Below are positions 9,970 to 18,876 of a stretch of DNA of 64,000 bases, in pieces. How positions within the stretch are numbered: the first letter of the stretch is position 1; each line of letters starts with the position of its first letter. The notes beneath the pieces were generated by a model. The model was not told the DNA's origin, did no database searches, and saw only the letters and a list, made by a program, of their open reading frames with translations. Position numbers and translations under genes: made by a program. The DNA comes from Candidatus Shapirobacteria bacterium (GTDB taxonomy: Bacteria > Patescibacteriota > Microgenomatia > UBA12405), in assembly GCA_041665485.1 (NCBI GenBank), contig JBAYIT010000001.1, positions 73,884-137,883 on the forward strand. The letters are read 5' to 3'.

Positions 9970-10615
9970 TCGGGTCTTTCATCAGATTCAGCTCAAAGGC
10001 TTCAATTCTGGCCTTACAGTTACTACAATGGCCGCAAGCAACCTCTGTTCCGTTATGGCAGGACCAGGTAAATTCAAACGGAACCTTCATGTTGTTACCC
10101 AATTTTATTGCCCCGGTTTTATCCGTTTCGGTCAGTGGGTGAAAAATCTTAATGTCTTTCTTCAACATCGTTCCCTTTTCAACTACTTTTTGGTAAGCAT
10201 CAATAAATTCAGGACTATTGTCTGGGCATATGTGGTCGCCTCCGGTTGACCCAACTACAATTATGTCCGCACCTTGGACCTCCGCCAAAGCCGTAGCTAC
10301 CCCAAGGAATATCGAATTTCGAAAAGGAACATATTCCAATCGAAAGTTTCTCTCATCAAGCGGTATATTTTTATCCAGCAATGCCGAACCGCCAAAATTT
10401 TTGATCCAAGGAAGATCTACTTTGTAAACTTGTTTAACTTTCCAATGTTTGACTAATTGATCCAAGCACCACTCTTCTTTTTCTGCTGTTTTTTGTCCAT
10501 ATCTAAGAAATAAAAAAATCGGCTGATAACCCTGCTCGATGGCCATCGCCGTCGCCACTGTGCTGTCTAAACCACCACTAATTAAACAAACTGCCTTTTT
10601 TTGTTCAGTTGTCAT
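9947..10615 (-). CDS. queC: 7-cyano-7-deazaguanine synthase QueC
   Basis: SGGLDS PP-loop, YGQK, YVPFRN, PD..PEF, TWSC..CGHCSNC; ATG overlaps queE stop (TAATG). Confidence 0.88.
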   Translation of the reverse strand: MTTEQKKAVCLISGGLDSTVATAMAIEQGYQPIFLFLRYGQKTAEKEEWCLDQLVKHWKVKQVYKVDLPWIKNFGGSALLDKNIPLDERNFRLEYVPFRNSIFLGVATALAEVQGADIIVVGSTGGDHICPDNSPEFIDAYQKVVEKGTMLKKDIKIFHPLTETDKTGAIKLGNNMKVPFEFTWSCHNGTEVACGHCSNCKARIEAFELNLMKDPIAYKSES

Positions 10616-11430
10616 TATGTCCTCCTTTTTGGACCAAACCATATTAATTGATTTCTCTCAATAATTCTCCACCCTCGGCTATTTGTGTCTTTTTGAACCA
10701 ACGTCTGATGTTCGGTCACTGCCTCTTTAGTTAATCCTTCCGGCATTATTAAGACCCTTTTGGGGTTTAAGTTACAACTTTCAACTATTTCTTCGATTTC
10801 CTTCAGATCTTCAACTCGGCTGACGACAAATTTAAACCATCCAACTGGCCACCCATTAATCAGACTTAAAACCTCGGGCCTAAATCTCAATTTTTTCTCA
10901 TTACCACTGTTGGCTAATTTGGGTGAACAGTTTATTTGACATTGAATCAATTCTGGACTCGGTTTGATCGTGCCATTGGTTTCAATTTCCACTTGCCAAT
11001 CTTTCATTTGGTTTAACAACTTAACAATCAAGTCTTGTTGTAACAAGGGTTCACCGCCGGTTATGACCACCCTTTTTTGGATATTTTTATCCAGCCCAAA
11101 TTTATCCACCCAAGCTTTTTCAATTTCTATTTTTGTTTTTTCTATACTCCAATCTTCTGGTTCCTGCCAGTATTCCGCTCTTTTGGTGTCCCACGTATAT
11201 CCTGTGTCACACCTCCATCCGTTTGGAAAACCACAATGAAGGTTACAAAACTGTAATCTTAAAAACACTGCCGGGCAACCAGCGGTACCTCCTTCAGATT
11301 CCAGTAGACCTTCTCCCTGAAGGGTAGCAAACACTTTATCTCCCGACACTTTAAAAAAATCGAGCTTCCGAGCTGACTTTAACAAGTCACCCTTAGTGGG
11401 TTTATAAACAACGCTAGATTGTTTTTTCAT
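10615..11430 (-). CDS. queE: 7-carboxy-7-deazaguanine synthase QueE (radical SAM)
   Basis: F.TLQGEG, VFLRL, CNLHC-x7-CDT, VITGGEPLLQ, IETNGT, SPKL, FKFVV, MPEG. Confidence 0.88.
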   Translation of the reverse strand: MKKQSSVVYKPTKGDLLKSARKLDFFKVSGDKVFATLQGEGLLESEGGTAGCPAVFLRLQFCNLHCGFPNGWRCDTGYTWDTKRAEYWQEPEDWSIEKTKIEIEKAWVDKFGLDKNIQKRVVITGGEPLLQQDLIVKLLNQMKDWQVEIETNGTIKPSPELIQCQINCSPKLANSGNEKKLRFRPEVLSLINGWPVGWFKFVVSRVEDLKEIEEIVESCNLNPKRVLIMPEGLTKEAVTEHQTLVQKDTNSRGWRIIERNQLIWFGPKRRT

Positions 11431-11432
11431 TT

Positions 11433-11523
11433 GCAGGTTTTATTGGCTCACCTTCGTGAGGTCCTGCTACCGCTGTAGGTTTTAATGGTCCGCCCATTAA
11501 GAGCGGGACACCTACCACCGTAG
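11433..11523 (-). promoter_or_regulatory. structured 5' leader of the queE operon with two similar stem/internal-loop modules
   Basis: GUAGG..hairpin..CCAUUAAAACCUAC and GCAGG..hairpin..CCAAUAAAACCUGC between promoter and AUG. Confidence 0.55.
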
Positions 11524-11531
11524 TTGGGAGA

Positions 11532-11560
11532 ATCTTAGCTAATTGCAATATCTTTGTCAA
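11532..11560 (-). promoter_or_regulatory. sigma70 promoter of the queE operon
   Basis: TTGACA-17 nt-TAAGAT on the minus strand. Confidence 0.75.
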
Positions 11561-11919
11561 GATACATGTTTTTTACGAACAGAGAGATGATCGCCCTATG
11601 TTTTTATGAGATAATCCAGCGATCTAACAATGTATTTGGTGAAACTCCAGCCTTTCTGGCATTAATTGTTGTCTGATTTATTGCTCGACCGTTTGGTGTT
11701 TGAGGTGTGCCCTTTCGATAAATTTTATCTATTGTTTCTCGGCTCATTCTTTTTAAAAATATTTCGGGATTGTCTTGAAAACCGAGGGAAGTGGAGAACA
11801 AAAATTTTGTTTCTGGGGAAAAATCATAAAACGATTTTAAAACTGCCTTTTGTCTGTCTTTTGGGAGTGTAAAAAAGTGCTGATCAACTTGGAAAATGGC
11901 GTGATCATTTCATATTTTA

Positions 11920-14097
11920 TCAAAAAAGTCCCAACTGGTTTTCACAATTAATTTTCTTTTTAGCTGGACTAAAAATTTTATTTAGTCCCAAAGTTCGGTA
12001 AGTTCGTAAACGTTTGAAATACATAATTTTAAGCATTGGTACTTGATCATCAAAATAGTCATAAATCGTAGCGTTGGTTTTTCCCTCAAAACTTCGTTGA
12101 ACTCTACCCACATATTGGATTAGTTTTCCTTTCCACGAAAACGGAAAAGCTAAAAATAGATGTGACACTGCCGGCCAATCAAAACCTTCGCCGATTAATT
12201 TACCCGTAGCAATTAGTAGTTAAAATTGTTTTTGGTTAATTCGTTTAGCAATTCGTTCTCTCTGCTTTTTAGTCATCACTCCAGTAGCTATGGCAGCCTG
12301 AACACCTTTAGTTTATTGTCGAATGAGATCCAGTAGTGTGTGACAGTGGTCGAGACGTTCAGTTAATACTAAGCACTTAGCTCCGGTATTTAACGCATCG
12401 ATAATATCGTCAGTAATTTGATTGTTACGATCAGGGTCGGATATAACTAATCGACAGGCTTCTTGAAAATCTTCTAATTTTACATTAGCTTTAAACTGTG
12501 TTTTTCGAGTGATTAAATCGGTTTTTACGATTTGGTTGGAGTTTTCACTGTTATCAATATTTTCCGTAGTTGCTTTGACTATTTGATAGCTAACATACAA
12601 AAACATCAGTTTTTCTAATTTATCTTTACGATAAGTGGTGGCGGTTAATCCTAAAACATGTTTAGAAGGGAATTGTCTGACGACAGTACTAAAAGTATTG
12701 GCCGGGGCATGATGGCATTCGTCAATAATAATTAACCCAAAATCATTTTTAATTTCATCAACCCCTCGTCTGGATAAAGTCATGTAGGAAGCAATGGTTA
12801 CTTTTTTACCAACACTCCATTTGTTATCGCCAATAATGCCTATATCAAGTTTTGAAAGAGAAAAATAATCAGTAATTCGTTTTTGCCATTGATGGAGCAG
12901 AGTGTTAGTGTGAACAATAATTAAAGTTTTTTGACCCAGTTTTTTCATTAACGCTAGAGCGACCATAGTTTTACCAAAACCAGGTTGAGCTTCCAAAATA
13001 ACTCGGTCATGAGGTAGTAACTGATGTAAAACTTGTTTTTGATCTTTACGAAGGATCAGTTTAGACGGGAAACGTACTTGTTTTGTAGTTACTCGATTAT
13101 CAACAGCCTCGATTTTTATCTGTTCTTTTTGACAAAATTTATTTAGTTTTTCCAAAAATCCCAAAGGAACTCCTATTCCATCTGGCAATCTCTCGAGGGT
13201 TTTAATAAATCGAGGGGTGTTCCAAGTGGAATAACCAAATCGTTCTTTGGTGTAAAAGTCAGGGTTGGGAAAATTTAATTCTTTTTTGAGGTATTTATAC
13301 AGTTTGTCGGGTAAATGAGTGCTAGGAATAAATATGTTTGACCCTAAAATCAATTTAGTTTCTTGATTTTGAGTTGTGGTAACAGGTAGCTCTTCAACAT
13401 TTTCATCGGGCTGGTTAGGCAGATCGTCGATTGTTTTATTGCTGGATAGTTGAAGATATTGATTGATTTCTTGTAAAGATGTTCTTCGAATTGACTGTAG
13501 ATATTGCCATTGATCAGGAATCTCTTGACCATCTGAGTTAATAAAAACGGTTGTGTTGTTTGTGACAAATTTCCCATTAAGTGGCAAACAAATTAAATTT
13601 CCATAACCTTTACCGGTATGTTCATCTTGGCTGGGAAACATTCGATCAAATGTTTTTCGATCTTGGACTCCTGCCTGGTTTAATAGTAATTTACCCATTT
13701 GTCGGGCTAGATGAGCCGGAATTTGCCCGTTAAAGAAAAACCAGACATGACCACCATTGCCCGATTTTGACCGTTCTATGGCACAAAATAGATCATTGTT
13801 AAAAGCTTTAATGGTTACTTTTTGAGCCAAAATCAACCAATCTGGTCCGTCAAAATCGATGGCTAAAAAAGTAGTGGTGTTGTCTGGAAATAATGGATAA
13901 ACGCCAATTACCTGTTTTCCGTCTAAGTGTGATTGAATAACCGAATCTGTCAATGCTAAGGGGCTTTGATTTAGTCGAAAAACTGGAGCGTAACCAGACT
14001 TCTTCTTCGGTAAATCTTCCCAATAACGGGCAAAGACATCGTCTCGGGTGTCAAAGAGAGAACGATAAAGTTTAATATTTTCAGCCGAAATGCTCAT
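11920..14097 (-). pseudogene. TOTE-type primase domain + SF2 (DEAD/DEAH) helicase, disrupted
   Basis: AIDFD, ERSKSGNGGHVW, GNLICLPL; PGFGKT, DECHH, GLTAT; in-frame TAA at 12313-12315 and a frameshift near 12220 before IATGKLIGEGFD...QYVGRVQR. Confidence 0.8.
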
Positions 14098-14278
14098 AAA
14101 TCTCTAGTATTTTACCTCTTAAAGAGCAATAATCCAACAATCTCCCTACAGATTGGCAGTTTCGTGCTTCTATATATCAAACAGTATCACTGTTTTAAGA
14201 CACTCCTTTTTTATGGTGTCTCATTTGTCTCGTTTAGCTTCAAAACTTTAATAGAATGAGACAGTGGGGAAGAGGGTG

Positions 14279-14326
14279 TTATAAGGACAGAAAGGTTCCA
14301 GACCCTAATGCTCCGCCAGATGAATA
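14279..14326 (+). repeat. about 48-bp dispersed repeat, copy 1 (att-like)
   Basis: ttataaggacagaaaggttccagac...tccgc also at 27007. Confidence 0.65.
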
Positions 14327-14514
14327 AAAAAAATCAAGCCATAATTCGTATGAAAGAATTAGATGGCGATACTCCTGAAAGAATTAACGAACTAAAGACT
14401 CTTCTTGAAGACTCAGAAAAAGGTGAGAGGATAGATTCTATTAAGTCTTGGCTTACTATTGGAATTTCTATTGTCGCTTTGATAATTAGTGTTTTAGTTG
14501 CTGTTTTTAAGTAG
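14320..14514 (+). CDS. small protein with C-terminal TM helix
   Basis: helical N-terminus, hydrophobic C-terminus. Confidence 0.45.
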   Translation: MNKKNQAIIRMKELDGDTPERINELKTLLEDSEKGERIDSIKSWLTIGISIVALIISVLVAVFK

Positions 14515-14600
14515 TTAATTCATACGTATAAATAGCTTCCAAACCCGCCTGTTTCGAGCCTGCTGAGAGAAGTGCAATGGGGTGGTGATAAAATTGTCGC

Positions 14601-15002
14601 ATGGAAGACTGTATTTTTTGTAAAATTATTGCTGGTCAAGCAAGATCTTGGAAAGTTTTTGAGAACAATTTCGTATATGCATTTTTAGATATTCATCCAG
14701 CAAATAAATACCACGCCCTAGTTGTCCCCAAAAAACATTATAAAAATATTTTTGATATTCCTGAAGAAGAATTCCTGGAAGTAATGAAAGTAGTGAAAAA
14801 ATTAACAACTTTATATAACACCAAATTAGGAATAGAAAATGTTCAAATAATTAATAGTTCTGGGTCGGAAGCTCAACAGGATGTATTCCACTGTCATTTT
14901 CATATCGTTCCAAGAAGGCTGGGGGATGGACAAGATGTCAAATGGATCACCCACCCAGAATGGGTTGAAGAATATGACCGAATGTTGTTAGATATTCGAT
15001 AG
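14601..15002 (+). CDS. HIT family protein
   Basis: DCIFCKI, FLDIHP, HCHFHIVPR. Confidence 0.92.
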   Translation: MEDCIFCKIIAGQARSWKVFENNFVYAFLDIHPANKYHALVVPKKHYKNIFDIPEEEFLEVMKVVKKLTTLYNTKLGIENVQIINSSGSEAQQDVFHCHFHIVPRRLGDGQDVKWITHPEWVEEYDRMLLDIR

Positions 15003-15053
15003 GAGTTAATAAGGGTGGAACGAAAAACAAAGAATTTATGCTAAGATGGAGAT

Positions 15054-15593
15054 ATGAAGGAGAAAACAGGAAGGGTGGAAGTGACTAATTTGGAGGACTT
15101 AAACGAAGAGAAGGTTTTAGTGGAATGGGAGGCGGTGGAGCGGTCGTATCAGGAGAGGGATCGGGATTTTTGGGTGACGGCAATTGCCCTCCTTGTTTTA
15201 GTATCGGTAATTTTGTTTTTCATTAAGGAATTCTTTTTAATTATCGCTTTGGGGTCGGTATTATTTTTGTATTATGTCCTGTCGACAGTACCCCCTGGAA
15301 AAGTAAAGAATAAGTTGACTAACCGAGGGGTTTATTTTGGCGAATCAAGATATGAGTGGGGGTGGCTGGAGCGGTTCTGGTTTGGAAAAAGTTTGAGTAG
15401 CAAAATGGTCCATTTTGAGACAAAACTACGTTTTCCCAGGCAAATTTCGTTGGTTATAAATCCGGAGGATGAGGAGGAAATTAAGGCTGTGGTGGTAAAA
15501 AGGATTCCCCTTTTGGAGGCTTCGCCAACATTTGTGGATAAAGTAACGAAGTGGTTTGGAGAAAGATTGCCTTTGGAGAATCGGAATAAGTAA
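15054..15593 (+). CDS. conserved hypothetical 2-TM membrane protein
   Basis: two TM segments followed by PH-like soluble part; -10 box 6 nt upstream. Confidence 0.7.
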   Translation: MKEKTGRVEVTNLEDLNEEKVLVEWEAVERSYQERDRDFWVTAIALLVLVSVILFFIKEFFLIIALGSVLFLYYVLSTVPPGKVKNKLTNRGVYFGESRYEWGWLERFWFGKSLSSKMVHFETKLRFPRQISLVINPEDEEEIKAVVVKRIPLLEASPTFVDKVTKWFGERLPLENRNK

Positions 15594-15625
15594 AACAGGC
15601 TTGACTTTGGTATAATTTCGCTGTT

Positions 15626-15697
15626 GCGCCCATAGTTCAATGGATAGAATGGTTGTTTGCGGAACAATTGATCCAGGTCCGATTCCTGGTGGGCGTA
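15626..15697 (+). tRNA. tRNA-Arg(GCG)
   Basis: acceptor gcgccca/tgggcgt, anticodon arm gttgt-ttGCGga-acaat, T arm ccagg-tccgatt-cctgg; no encoded CCA. Confidence 0.88.
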
Positions 15698-15698
15698 C

Positions 15699-16712
15699 AT
15701 GGAAAACAATACTTTGACGTCGTTGGCTGGAGTATTAGTTGGACAGACTGAGGACTTAAAAAGTTTAACTGGGTGTACGGTGGTGGCATTTGAAAGACCG
15801 ATTAATGTGGCTTGTGTCTCCTTGGGAGGAGCGGCAACAACGTACAACACCGAAAGTTTAAAACTCGATAAAAACTATTACCAGAAACACGCGATTTTTA
15901 TGACTGACGGGGCGATGTCTGGCCTAGAAGCTAGCTACTGGATTGCAAAAGGTTTAAGAGAAAAGAATGTGGGATGGAAAATGGGAAAGACTATAAACCC
16001 ATCAATGACTGGTGTTTGTATAATGGGATTCGAAAATAGTAGATTTGATCCAGAATTGGGATACAGGGCGGTAATTAGTTTGTCAAAAAACACGGTGGAA
16101 AGTGGAAATGTCGGAGTAGGAATAGGGGCGGGGGTAGGAAAATTTTCATGGACTGATTCGGGAAAGTGTTTGGGGATGAAGGGTGGAATTGGGTCGGCGA
16201 AAATTGATTTGGGTAAGGGGGCAGTGGTGTGTGCCTTAACAGTAGTTAATGCTCTGGGAAATGTGGTTGATAAAAACGGGGAAATAATGGCTGGAAATAG
16301 GAACGACAATAAAGACGGTGGATTTAAATTTAGGACTTTTGAAGGATTGTCAAAATGGGCAATAGAAAATCAAAATACGACGATATCGGTAGTCGGGACA
16401 AATATTAAGTTGCCACTGTTGCAACAAGATTTAACAAAAGTGGCTCAAATTGCCACTCATGGCCAGATTCGAGCAATTAAACCAGTTAATACTTCGCTTG
16501 ATGGCGATACTGTGTTTGCTTTTTCGACCCAAGAAATTGATATCGAGGGAATAAACTTTGGAGATGAATGGTGGAAGTTGTCGGCAGATATTGTTGGTCA
16601 GGCGGCGGCAGATGCAGTCCAGGAAAGTATATATGATGCCTGTAAGTCGGCGAAAACAGTTAAGTGGGGAAAGGGGTATCAAGGAATTATTCCGGCAATT
16701 GGCGATTATTGA
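15699..16712 (+). CDS. DmpA/S58 (P1) family peptidase
   Basis: TGCTVV, GNVG.G.GA, KGGIGSA, VVNALG, NTTI, DGDTVF. Confidence 0.88.
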   Translation: MENNTLTSLAGVLVGQTEDLKSLTGCTVVAFERPINVACVSLGGAATTYNTESLKLDKNYYQKHAIFMTDGAMSGLEASYWIAKGLREKNVGWKMGKTINPSMTGVCIMGFENSRFDPELGYRAVISLSKNTVESGNVGVGIGAGVGKFSWTDSGKCLGMKGGIGSAKIDLGKGAVVCALTVVNALGNVVDKNGEIMAGNRNDNKDGGFKFRTFEGLSKWAIENQNTTISVVGTNIKLPLLQQDLTKVAQIATHGQIRAIKPVNTSLDGDTVFAFSTQEIDIEGINFGDEWWKLSADIVGQAAADAVQESIYDACKSAKTVKWGKGYQGIIPAIGDY

Positions 16713-16714
16713 GA

Positions 16715-16951
16715 ATGAAAATAAAAGACAAAACCAAAGAACTATTGACCGAGGCGAAGAGATTGGAAGAAAAGATCAAGAAACTTGATGAAAAGTATCA
16801 GGAGTTAGAAATGGATAATGAGGATACCTGGGGCGGACACGATGGGCCAATGGCTTTGGGTTATGAAAATGAAAGAAAGCTTTGGGAGGCGCAATTGAAG
16901 GAAATAGCTCTGGAATTGGAAAAAATGGGATATCAGGATAAAATAGGATAG
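16715..16951 (+). CDS. hypothetical helical protein
   Basis: ATG 3 nt after the upstream stop; coiled-coil character. Confidence 0.55.
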   Translation: MKIKDKTKELLTEAKRLEEKIKKLDEKYQELEMDNEDTWGGHDGPMALGYENERKLWEAQLKEIALELEKMGYQDKIG

Positions 16952-16962
16952 TTTCTAGAAAT

Positions 16963-17046
16963 GGAGGGTTGGCCGAGTGGTTCATGGCGCACGCCTCGAA
17001 AGCGTGTGGGTGAAAGCCCGCAGAGGTTCAAATCCTCTACCCTCCG
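16963..17046 (+). tRNA. tRNA-Ser(CGA)
   Basis: ggagggt/accctcc, cacgc-ctCGAaa-gcgtg, long variable arm gggtgaaagccc, GGTTCAAATCC. Confidence 0.92.
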
Positions 17047-17083
17047 CCTTCGTCCCGACAAAGTCGGGACTTCGGCGGACAAT
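17043..17083 (+). repeat. palindromic CCGCCTWCG...CTTCGGC element, copy 1, at tRNA-Ser 3' end
   Basis: tccgccttcg-tcccgac aaa gtcggga-cttcggcggacaa. Confidence 0.65.
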
Positions 17084-17097
17084 GTCCGCATAACAAG

Positions 17098-17340
17098 ATG
17101 ATTACCAGACAAAAATACCCTATACCCGACTTTGTTCGGCAGACGTTAGAAAAAGAAGTTTTGTGGACAAAATATCAGGAAAGGCCGGAATATCAAAGAA
17201 ACGACTATGTTGGTTGGATTGCTAGAGCAAAACGAGAAGAAACAAAACAAAAGAGATTAGACCAAATGATTGAGGAGTTAAGAGGCGGGGACAGATATAT
17301 GAAAATGAAATGGAAAGTGAGAAAATTAAAATATGAATAA
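17098..17340 (+). CDS. YdeI/OmpD-associated family protein
   Basis: RPEYQRNDYVGWI..AKREETKQKRL.QM..EL. Confidence 0.85.
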   Translation: MITRQKYPIPDFVRQTLEKEVLWTKYQERPEYQRNDYVGWIARAKREETKQKRLDQMIEELRGGDRYMKMKWKVRKLKYE

Positions 17341-17785
17341 CCAAACAATAAAACCAACTGGGTGTTGTCCAGTGTTTGATCCAAAGCTTTGGGATGGCAA
17401 AGAAGTTGTCTGGAAAGACAAAAAATTTATAAAAGATCAGGTTTTAACGGTGTTTTATATACCAGTGAATTTTGGGGCAGTGATGACCCGAGCAACTAAA
17501 AAAGTCGAAGAGGCGGGAGGTAACTTTGTTGATGGATTAGTTTTGTCGGAGTCGGTTTCAAAATGGAAAATGGATGTATGTTTGGCGGTGGATAAGGAAA
17601 TCGCCGGGGCGGAAAATGTTAAAATTTCGGGAAAATTTATAAGTAAAGTTTATGAGGGTGACTTTAAAGATATGGGCAAATGGATGGCCCAACAACCAAA
17701 AAGCCGGTATGTGTGGTACACAACTTGCCCGAAGTGCGCCAAAGTGTATGGTAAAAATTATGTGGTGATTTTTCGAGAAGTGTGA
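17333..17785 (+). CDS. conserved protein (GyrI-like 'hydrolase' family)
   Basis: CCP.FDP..WD, YTTCPKCAK.YGKNYVV. Confidence 0.7.
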   Translation: MNNQTIKPTGCCPVFDPKLWDGKEVVWKDKKFIKDQVLTVFYIPVNFGAVMTRATKKVEEAGGNFVDGLVLSESVSKWKMDVCLAVDKEIAGAENVKISGKFISKVYEGDFKDMGKWMAQQPKSRYVWYTTCPKCAKVYGKNYVVIFREV

Positions 17786-18051
17786 AAAAGTTAACTGATT
17801 TACCAAATATTGGGAAAGTAACGGCGGAGAAGCTTGAGAAAATCGGAATAAAAACTCCTGACGATTTTTTAGCCCACGACCCATATCGGATTTTTGACGA
17901 ACTTTTAGAAAAAGTTGATCCAACTTTGTGCCGATGTGCCTTGGCGGGAATTATTGGCGCCCATAAGGGGAAAAAATGGAACTTGGTGATGAAGGAGGCG
18001 GTGGCTAAATTTGAAAAAGATCATCCCGGCCATAAATGGATTAGTTGCTAA
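17782..18051 (+). CDS. helix-hairpin-helix (TfoX-C/Cdd1-like) protein
   Basis: LTDLPNIG, L..IGI, DP, CRC. Confidence 0.75.
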   Translation: MKKLTDLPNIGKVTAEKLEKIGIKTPDDFLAHDPYRIFDELLEKVDPTLCRCALAGIIGAHKGKKWNLVMKEAVAKFEKDHPGHKWISC

Positions 18052-18060
18052 TAAATATTT

Positions 18061-18873
18061 ATGGACATAAAAACAATATTGGATAAATATGGGATTAAGC
18101 CGGATCCGCAGAAGGACCAGTTCTTTTTGACTGATGAGGAAATAATTGAAAAGACGGTGAAGGTGGCTGATATTAATGAAGATGACACAGTGCTAGAAAT
18201 TGGTGCAGGACTGGGAAACTTAACGACCGAATTGGCAAAAAAGGCTAAAAGAGTAATAAGTTTTGAAATTGACAGAGCGTTTGAGCCAATATTGAGCCAA
18301 CTACCCAAAAACGTAGAAACACATTTCGAAAATGCCTGGGAATATGTGCAACTTCATGGTAAATGGAGGAAAACTAAAGAATACAACAAGGTGGTGGCTA
18401 ATATCCCCTATTCTTTTGCCGAACAATTGTTACATAATTTCACCTTTTTGATGTATGACAAAATAGTTTTGTTGGTGCCAAAAAAATTTTTGGGGAGTGT
18501 TAAAAGACATGGTATTTTTAGCTCGTTTTTTGAACCAAAACTGATACTGGAGGTGGATAGAACAAAATTTTTCCCGGTGCCACGAACCGATTCGGTTTTG
18601 ATTGATTTGGTTAAATTGCCCGACCCTTTGAAAAACAGGGATTTGGCCTTATTTTTAAGGCAGTATGTATATCAACACGAAGATCAAAAAGTTAGAAATT
18701 CATTAATGGAGGGAATAATTACTTACAAATGGTTAGCGTTGGAAGAAACAATGACGAAAAACGAGGCGAGAAAAATGGTTAAAGATAGTGGAATTGATTT
18801 AAATTTATTAGAAACTCAACCCGGTGATAAAATTTATGAAGAAATTAGTAGGGTTAAGTGGATGGTAGACTAA
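18061..18873 (+). CDS. KsgA/Erm-family rRNA adenine methyltransferase-like protein
   Basis: DQFFL, VLEIGAGLGNLT, FEID, VANIPY, FFPVPRTDS. Confidence 0.8.
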   Translation: MDIKTILDKYGIKPDPQKDQFFLTDEEIIEKTVKVADINEDDTVLEIGAGLGNLTTELAKKAKRVISFEIDRAFEPILSQLPKNVETHFENAWEYVQLHGKWRKTKEYNKVVANIPYSFAEQLLHNFTFLMYDKIVLLVPKKFLGSVKRHGIFSSFFEPKLILEVDRTKFFPVPRTDSVLIDLVKLPDPLKNRDLALFLRQYVYQHEDQKVRNSLMEGIITYKWLALEETMTKNEARKMVKDSGIDLNLLETQPGDKIYEEISRVKWMVD

Positions 18874-18876
18874 ATT

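Noticed and set aside
9947-11430. Dpd DNA-modification, QatABCD or type IV CBASS system
   Set aside because: No dpdA/TGT, TatD, QatA ATPase or CD-NTase recognisable in the window.
11433-11523. Canonical preQ1 or purine riboswitch upstream of queE
   Set aside because: The A-rich run lies inside the closing stem rather than 3' of it, and there is no preQ1 loop consensus or purine three-way-junction core; kept only as a novel candidate.
12313-12315. Stop-codon recoding (code 25 or similar)
   Set aside because: The internal stop is TAA and is accompanied by a frameshift; TGA ends many intact genes such as clpB and pepF.
1-14330. Complete prophage, ICE or transposon
   Set aside because: No integrase, transposase, structural or conjugation genes visible; the left boundary lies outside the window.
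15332-15850. 172-aa minus-strand ORF
   Set aside because: Antisense shadow across two genes and tRNA-Arg.
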